A stretch of 64,000 nt of DNA from Candidatus Binatia bacterium (lineage in GTDB: Bacteria > Desulfobacterota > Binatia > Bin18). The DNA lies in contig OY761159.2 of NCBI GenBank assembly GCA_963664395.2, positions 992,001-1,056,000 of the forward strand, in the 5' to 3' direction. Numbering within the stretch: position 1 is the stretch's first letter; every line of letters starts with the position of its first letter. The position numbers were made by a program, and so were the translations under genes. This document shows positions 58,115 to 64,000 of the stretch, piece by piece. A model generated the notes under the pieces. The model did not search any database. It was not told the DNA's origin and saw only the letters and a program-made list of their open reading frames with translations.

Positions 58115-58333
58115 ATGAAGCTGACGTACCATCCTGACACGGACTCGCTTTACATCGACCTCTCTGAGCGGCCGAGTGTAGACAGCCGGGAGATATCCGA
58201 GGGTGTTGTGCTGGATTACGATGCCAGTGGGAACTTGGTTGGGATTGATATCGACAATGCCAGCAACAAGGTAGCGCTTAACGAACTGACGCTCAGCAAG
58301 TTGCCAGCCGAGATACAGACCATGACATCCTGA
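58115..58333 (+). CDS. DUF2283 domain protein (putative antitoxin, orphan)
   Basis: YHPDTDSLYI, GVVLDYD..G.LVGIDI..AS. Confidence 0.85.
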   Translation: MKLTYHPDTDSLYIDLSERPSVDSREISEGVVLDYDASGNLVGIDIDNASNKVALNELTLSKLPAEIQTMTS

Positions 58334-58339
58334 TAATGT

Positions 58340-59023
58340 ATGCAGTTCGACCAGTTCCAATTTGGTATTTCTGGCGCCGTACAGTCGCTTGGCCTCAAGG
58401 CCGTCTGCTTTGTTATTGAGGGAGTGCGCAATCAACAGACGCATCCTGCGTTTGAAGCGCTCAAAGCGCACACGCTTGCCCAAGTGACCAAAGACCTCTC
58501 GTATGAAGTCATACAGACCCACCCTGTTCTGAACGGCTTTCGCGCCCTGCATGACGCCATTGGACGCTCCAATCGGAAAAACGTGGCGTCACCGGAGAGC
58601 TTGCTCAAGCTCGTCTTACAAACAGGCGGGCTGCCTCAGGTCAATTTGCTTGTTGATATCTACAACCTGGTGTCGGTGAAAACATGCCTGTCTCTGGGCG
58701 CGCATGACTTGGCGGCCATTCGCGGCAATGTCCACCTCCGCCTTACGGACGGCAGCGAAACCTTTTGGCCTATGGGCTCGGAGAAGCCAAAAATCGTCAG
58801 CCCTGATGAATACGCCTATGTGGATGACGAGAAAAATGTGCTGTGTCGTCTGGAGGTGCGCCAGTGCCAGACAACAAAAATCACACTCGATACGACCGCC
58901 TGCTTTTTCATCGTGCAGGGAAATGCACGGACAGAACATACCTGTCTGCACCACACAGCAAACGAACTCCTCACTCTCATCAAACGGTTTTGCGGTGGTC
59001 AGGAACGCCTGCTGTTGGGGTGA
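58340..59023 (+). CDS. Stand-alone B3/4 domain protein (PheRS-beta editing-like)
   Basis: SPESL, LPQVNLLVDIYNLVS, GAHDL, EYAYVD, CR...RQ. Confidence 0.85.
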   Translation: MQFDQFQFGISGAVQSLGLKAVCFVIEGVRNQQTHPAFEALKAHTLAQVTKDLSYEVIQTHPVLNGFRALHDAIGRSNRKNVASPESLLKLVLQTGGLPQVNLLVDIYNLVSVKTCLSLGAHDLAAIRGNVHLRLTDGSETFWPMGSEKPKIVSPDEYAYVDDEKNVLCRLEVRQCQTTKITLDTTACFFIVQGNARTEHTCLHHTANELLTLIKRFCGGQERLLLG

Positions 59024-59054
59024 CACGGGGCTCACCCGACCGACGCGGCACGCT

Positions 59055-59888
59055 TCAGATACCCCTGCGAGAGTCCTCTTCTCCGGTGGGCAGGTTGTGG
59101 TCCATCTCGAGCGCCGGCTGTTGGAGTTTGGCGCAGCGGCCAACCAGCTTGGCCGGCACGCCGGCAACCGTGCAGCCCGACGGGACATCGGTGAGCACGA
59201 CACTGCCCGCGCCCACCTTGGCGTTTGCGCCGACCTCGACATTGCCCAGAATCTTGGCCCCAGCGCTGATCAACACACCAGTCCGAATCTTGGGATGACG
59301 GTCACCGGATTCCTTTCCGGTTCCGCCAAGAGTCACTTCCTGGAGCATGGACACATTGTTCTCAACCACGGCCGTCTCCCCAATGACGAGACTGCTGCCG
59401 TGGTCAATAAAAATCCCCGAACCAATACGGGCGGCGGGGTGAATGTCCACGCTGAAGACTTCCGAAATCCGATTCTGCAAACAGAAGGCCAGGGTCTTCC
59501 GGTCTTGCTTCCACAGCCAGTGAGTCACGCGGTAGGCTTCGAGCGCGTGAAAGCCTTTATAGTACAGCAAGGGCGCCGAATAGAACGAACAGGCCGGGTC
59601 GCGGTCGCGCACCGCGCAGATGTCCGCCCGCACGGCCTGCCCAATCTGTGGGTCATCCATCAGCGCTTCCATCATGATGTCGCGCAGGGTAATGGACGGC
59701 AGGTTGAGATTGGTCAGCTTGCCGGCCAAAAGGTAGCTCAGCGCTTCCTCTAATGAAGCGTGATTGAGAATAATCGAGTGTAAAAAGCTCGCCAGCACAG
59801 GCTCGCGGTCGGCTTCCAATGCGGCTTCGTCTCGAATGGCTTGCCAGACCCAGTCGTCAGATGTTGCTTGTTGCTTGACGGCACGCAT
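59055..59888 (-). CDS. cysE: Serine O-acetyltransferase
   Basis: RDPAC, KGFHAL, VDIHPAARIG.GI.IDH, TLGGTGKESGDRHPK, GVPAK. Confidence 0.95.
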   Translation of the reverse strand: MRAVKQQATSDDWVWQAIRDEAALEADREPVLASFLHSIILNHASLEEALSYLLAGKLTNLNLPSITLRDIMMEALMDDPQIGQAVRADICAVRDRDPACSFYSAPLLYYKGFHALEAYRVTHWLWKQDRKTLAFCLQNRISEVFSVDIHPAARIGSGIFIDHGSSLVIGETAVVENNVSMLQEVTLGGTGKESGDRHPKIRTGVLISAGAKILGNVEVGANAKVGAGSVVLTDVPSGCTVAGVPAKLVGRCAKLQQPALEMDHNLPTGEEDSRRGI

Positions 59889-59987
59889 GCATGTCCTCCT
59901 GTAGAGAAGTTTCTGGTATAGTCAGTCAGCTTCTCTCCATACGCTTTCCCTCTATACGGAATAGTGAGGAAGAACAATATAAGCAGT

Positions 59988-60138
59988 ATGAAACGTATCT
60001 GTGTTTTTACCGGAGTTCCTGCAACACGCGGTGGACGAGAAGTTTTTGAAAGCCACGTATCACGCCATGCTCTTTGGCGGAGAGCAGCCGGACGAACTCC
60101 TGCATGCATTCGAGGCGCAAACGAGCCGCTCAAGGTGA
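59988..60138 (+). pseudogene. LOG-family protein gene with large internal deletion
   Basis: MKRICVFTG (LOG N-terminus) abuts, out of frame, [27 protein letters not shown] (LOG C-terminus). Confidence 0.7.
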
Positions 60139-60148
60139 GGAACACGCT

Positions 60149-60514
60149 ATGGGCCATTCAGCGATCAATCTGGCGCAAAAACTCAACACGTTCTCAGACC
60201 ACTGGTCCCCCAAAATCATCGCCCGGATGAACGACTATCATTTCAAGCTGGTCAAACTCCAGGGCGATTTTGTTTGGCATAGCCATGTTGATACGGACGA
60301 AGTCTTTCTTATGATAAGTGGGTCTATGCAGATTGATTTTCGGGCTGGAAATGTTGAGCTGAAAACAGGAGAAATGTTCGTTGTGCCCAAAGGCGTCGAA
60401 CATAAACCGTGGGCTGAAAAGGAATGCCACGTCCTGCTGGTCGAGCCCGCAGAGACGGTGAATACAGGCGACGCCGGTGGAGAGCTAACCGCTAAGAATG
60501 ATGTCTGGGTCTAG
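60149..60514 (+). CDS. Cupin domain protein
   Basis: [34 protein letters not shown]. Confidence 0.9.
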   Translation: MGHSAINLAQKLNTFSDHWSPKIIARMNDYHFKLVKLQGDFVWHSHVDTDEVFLMISGSMQIDFRAGNVELKTGEMFVVPKGVEHKPWAEKECHVLLVEPAETVNTGDAGGELTAKNDVWV

Positions 60515-60523
60515 GAGTACCCT

Positions 60524-61024
60524 ATGTCTACCATCACCGTTGTTGAAGCGGACTTACAGCGGCCCGATCACCAAGAGGCGGTCCTCCGGCTTGTGAACAA
60601 TTATGCGCGTGATCCAATGGGCAATAGTCAGGACCTGCCGCAGGAGGTGCGTAATCGCCTCATTCCAGGTTTACAGGCCCACCCGACAACGTTGATTTTT
60701 CTGGCGTATCGTGGAGACGAAGCAGTCGGAATTGCGGTGTGTTTCCGAGGCTTCTCCACCTTTGCCGCCAAACCGTTACTCAATATCCACGACTTGGCGG
60801 TGAATCCGGACTGTCGCGGACAAGGCATCGGGCGCTTGTTATTACAACGCGTAGAACAGAAGGCGCGCGCGTTAGGCTGCTGTAAGCTGACATTGGAAGT
60901 GCAACACAATAATACGGTTGCCCAAGGATTGTATTTTGGGGTCGGCTTTATTCGAGCGGCCTATGATCCGGAGGCCGGACAGGTTCTTTTTTTGCAAAAG
61001 CCGCTGTGGCACAATTCTTCTTGA
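60524..61024 (+). CDS. GNAT family N-acetyltransferase
   Basis: YARDPMG, FSTF, NIHDLAV, RGQGIG, CKLTLEV...N..A..LY. Confidence 0.9.
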   Translation: MSTITVVEADLQRPDHQEAVLRLVNNYARDPMGNSQDLPQEVRNRLIPGLQAHPTTLIFLAYRGDEAVGIAVCFRGFSTFAAKPLLNIHDLAVNPDCRGQGIGRLLLQRVEQKARALGCCKLTLEVQHNNTVAQGLYFGVGFIRAAYDPEAGQVLFLQKPLWHNSS

Positions 61025-61057
61025 GCAGAGCACTCGATTAAACGCCACGCTCCCCCC

Positions 61058-61564
61058 TTGGGTATGGATACGACGCAGCCAGACTATTACTACCGCGATT
61101 TCCCCTCTCAGGTCCTGCCGGCTCGGACCCCTTTTACTCGTGTCGGACGAGGGGATGCGGGACAGTTGTTTATTTATGTATCAAATCGCCTCCAACGCTG
61201 GAGTGTCTTACTCGCTAAGGATCGGGTGGACCACATCTATCCGGAAGCACGCAAGCAGATTCCGCCAGGGTTCGCTCATATTTGGTTGTTGGAAAAACGC
61301 TACAGTACGCGCCCGGTCGGTTTCCGGACAAAACATCCCCCGCCGCTGCACCAGCCCGATCAAGGCGACCGCACCCCAGTCACCGGGTTGGGCGAGTCAT
61401 TCGTACTCTTAGCTGAACCGTCTCAAGCTCCTGGTGTGCAAGGTGACGTCCTGTCGTACCACTTGCAGGAAGGGGCCGCTATCGAAGCGGCTGAGGAGTA
61501 CACAAAGCGGCAGCGGCGGCGTGCAGTCGTGGGTTTGCTGGTGTGGGATGATTATTGGTTCTAG
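61058..61564 (+). CDS. Hypothetical protein
   Basis: 168-aa ORF filling the gap between GNAT and ureD; no motif recognised. Confidence 0.5.
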   Translation: MGMDTTQPDYYYRDFPSQVLPARTPFTRVGRGDAGQLFIYVSNRLQRWSVLLAKDRVDHIYPEARKQIPPGFAHIWLLEKRYSTRPVGFRTKHPPPLHQPDQGDRTPVTGLGESFVLLAEPSQAPGVQGDVLSYHLQEGAAIEAAEEYTKRQRRRAVVGLLVWDDYWF

Positions 61565-61566
61565 CT

Positions 61567-62460
61567 CTACAACCAGCCTGATTTGCGGCGGCTTGCCGGT
61601 TCCACACCGGTCAGACACAACCGCACCGCGCTCCAGGCCGCATGAAATGCGTTGCGCAAAGCAACCGCGTCAACGGCGAGCACTCGCAGCCAGGCGCCCG
61701 CATTGTGAGGAAGGGCCGACGCGCCGGCATAGATGTCGGGAATAGGACCGAGCGCCGTTCGTAAGGTCGTCACCAACTCCCCGGCATCATGATCCGACAC
61801 AACCCAGAGCGTCCCTTGCGTCCGGTAGCGCCGCAAGGCCGGTGGCAGACTAGCAACAAACTCGTGTCCGGCAATCTCGAAGCGGTCAATACACAGGCGC
61901 TGACCGTCTGGCCGCTGGACCACTGTTTCATTGAAAAACGAAGCAAACGGACGGGCTAAAGATTCCGGGGATTCCGGGTCGTGCAGGCCAAAGGCATCGC
62001 CGCTGATGGCTGTTGCGCCTTCTTCGACAGTGATGTGGACACAAGAGCGGAAGCGCGCTTGTGGAAATAATGCGAGCGGGTCGGGCAGATACTCAACAAA
62101 ACTGCCTTTCCCCGCCTGGATGGAAACATGCTGCACCGCAGCCCTGCCCTCCTGCATCGAATGGACAACGGTTGCCCCTTGGGTTGTCAGATGGACGCAC
62201 GCCCCGTCCGCAACCGAAAAATCGAGCGCCAAACGATCCTTTTCATACACCCCGCCGGAGATGGATTGCAGGATCAGCGTCGGCATCCCAGGCGGAACAC
62301 GGTCAAAATAAAACGGCTGGGTAAGGGTGAAGGGATAGGTCGTAAATTGTTTGGCAATAAACGTTTGACCGGATGGGTCACGTTTGAAGCTGAGAGAGAC
62401 TTGGGGCGACGTGACGGAGAATGGCTCCGCTGAGAGCCGAGGAGAGGGATCACTACTCAT
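61567..62460 (-). CDS. ureD: Urease accessory protein UreD
   Basis: SGGVYE.D, LTTQGAT, EYLPDP...F, ASALP; follows ureG. Confidence 0.85.
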   Translation of the reverse strand: MSSDPSPRLSAEPFSVTSPQVSLSFKRDPSGQTFIAKQFTTYPFTLTQPFYFDRVPPGMPTLILQSISGGVYEKDRLALDFSVADGACVHLTTQGATVVHSMQEGRAAVQHVSIQAGKGSFVEYLPDPLALFPQARFRSCVHITVEEGATAISGDAFGLHDPESPESLARPFASFFNETVVQRPDGQRLCIDRFEIAGHEFVASLPPALRRYRTQGTLWVVSDHDAGELVTTLRTALGPIPDIYAGASALPHNAGAWLRVLAVDAVALRNAFHAAWSAVRLCLTGVEPASRRKSGWL

Positions 62461-62497
62461 GTCGTGCTGTGGTGCTTCGGGAGGAGCGCCGCTCCGA

Positions 62498-63121
62498 TCA
62501 CTCAGTAAAAAGTACCTGACGAGCAAGATGGGCGACCACCGCATCTATCCCGTCGCCCGTCTTGCAGTTTGTCAGCACCACCGGCTTTCCACCACGCACC
62601 TCGACCGCTTCGGCGACCATCTGTTCCAGATCAACACCAACGTAGGGAGCAAGGTCTATTTTGTTGATCACCAGCAGGTCACATTGAAGGATGCCGGGGC
62701 CACGTTTGCGTGGAATATCTCCGCCGCCGGATACATCAATCACAAACATCCAATAATCAACCAGCTCCAAGGCAAAGGTCGAGGCCAGATTATCCCCACC
62801 GCTTTCGAGCAGAATGATATCCAGATTCTGAAAACATTCTTCCAACTCTTCAGCCGCTTCTATATTCAGCGTCGGGTCTTCACGAATGACCGTGTGCGGA
62901 CAGGCGCCGGCTTCAACCCCACGGACACGCTCCGGCGCAATGAGACGAGACTGACGAATTCGATCAGCGTCTTCTTGGGTCACCAGGTCATTGGTAATAA
63001 CCGCCAACTCTGTATTTTGCGCATGCAGGGCGGGAATCAGGCGTTCAACCAGGGCCGTTTTGCCCGACCCAACCGGCCCGCCAATCCCAACCCGGGCGAC
63101 AGAAGATGAGACGCGCGTCAT
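62498..63121 (-). CDS. ureG: Urease accessory GTPase UreG
   Basis: [34 protein letters not shown]. Confidence 0.95.
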   Translation of the reverse strand: MTRVSSSVARVGIGGPVGSGKTALVERLIPALHAQNTELAVITNDLVTQEDADRIRQSRLIAPERVRGVEAGACPHTVIREDPTLNIEAAEELEECFQNLDIILLESGGDNLASTFALELVDYWMFVIDVSGGGDIPRKRGPGILQCDLLVINKIDLAPYVGVDLEQMVAEAVEVRGGKPVVLTNCKTGDGIDAVVAHLARQVLFTE

Positions 63122-63126
63122 AACGG

Positions 63127-64000
63127 TCACCGTAAAAAATACTTTCGGGCGAGCGGGACCTCCACCACAGGGTCGCACGTCATCAGTTCGCCGTCCGCGT
63201 ACACCTCATGCGTGTGCGGATTGACGCTGATGTCCGGACAGGCATCGTTATGCAGCATATCCCTCTTCCCTAATGCGCGCGTATTCCGAATCGGCAACAT
63301 GGGTTTGTGGAGTTCAAGCTTACGCGGAATATCAGCTTCAAGCGCCAAGGAACTGGCGAAGATCGCACTGAGGGCGGACGGCGCGCTGCCCATCGCTCCC
63401 CACATGGGACGTTGGACGATAGGCTCAACCGGAAAGATGCAGCCACTCGCGTCGCCCATGATAGACCAGGCCATAAAGCCGCCTTTCATCACCATCAACG
63501 GCTTGGCGCCAAAAAACGCCGGCCCCCACAACACCATATCCGCCATCTTGCCCGCTTCCAGGGAACCGACGTAATGATCAATGCCCATAGCTCGGGCGGG
63601 GTTGATGGTGTACTTGGCAATATAGCGTTTAATCCGTTCGTTATCGGCGCGCGCCGTCTTTTCCGCGGGGAGACGACCGCGTTGGTCCTTCATTTTACTC
63701 GCCAGCCGCCAGCAATTTGTAATGGTTTCATTCACCCGTCCCATCCCCTGCGTGTCTGCGGCAAACATCGAGATCGCCCCAAGGTCGTGCAAGACATCTT
63801 CCGCGGCCATGGTCTGCGGACGGATACGGCTTTCTGCAAAGGCGACATCTTCCGGCAAGCGCCAGTTCAGCATATGGGCATCCATGGTCATGGGCAGGGC
63901 TTCGTCGAGCGCATTCCGCGAGTAGGGATTGGTTGGATTGGTGGAAGACGGCAGGCAATTGGGTACGCCCGTTACTCGGATGAGATCAGGCGCGTGGCCA
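63127..64000 (-). CDS. ureC: Urease alpha-subunit homologue (5' part outside window), divergent active-site flap
   Basis: [53 protein letters not shown]; frame open to the window end. Confidence 0.9.
   Translation of the reverse strand, partial: GHAPDLIRVTGVPNCLPSSTNPTNPYSRNALDEALPMTMDAHMLNWRLPEDVAFAESRIRPQTMAAEDVLHDLGAISMFAADTQGMGRVNETITNCWRLASKMKDQRGRLPAEKTARADNERIKRYIAKYTINPARAMGIDHYVGSLEAGKMADMVLWGPAFFGAKPLMVMKGGFMAWSIMGDASGCIFPVEPIVQRPMWGAMGSAPSALSAIFASSLALEADIPRKLELHKPMLPIRNTRALGKRDMLHNDACPDISVNPHTHEVYADGELMTCDPVVEVPLARKYFLR

Noticed and set aside
1-64000. CRISPR array, rRNA, tRNA, intact transposase or integrase
   Set aside because: No regularly spaced repeats, no cloverleaf or rRNA signatures, and no DDE, HUH or tyrosine recombinase ORF was seen

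Overview
GC-rich bacterial chromosomal window dominated by accessory catabolic and redox genes: three amidohydrolase_2 genes, two luciferase-like monooxygenases (LLM), F420-type enzymes, two SnoaL/NTF2 proteins, a Rieske oxygenase, TauD, tandem SfnB and an SCP-x thiolase. This mix resembles Binatia/Tectomicrobia-type genomes (inference only). Core genes present are argC, lysA, class I lysS, an mlaEFD-pqiC-like operon, pspABC/pspF, dgt, cysE and a ureC-ureG-ureD block cut by the window end. The main highlights are five. (1) Four tandem paralogous PQQ/cytochrome c dehydrogenases of the PVA-dehydrogenase type show patchwork sequence markers and a duplicated terminator-promoter module. (2) A urease-alpha homologue has lost the canonical CHH flap motif. 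(3) A HEPN nuclease is fused in frame to an antitoxin-like tail directly upstream of a PIN toxin. (4) An unannotated two-gene toxin/immunity-like pair sits next to an AT-richer J-domain membrane protein. (5) Several deletion scars and orphan antitoxins are visible. I saw no rRNA, tRNA, CRISPR array or intact transposase. Several small frameshifts may be assembly errors. All calls come from motif recognition by eye; no database searches were run.
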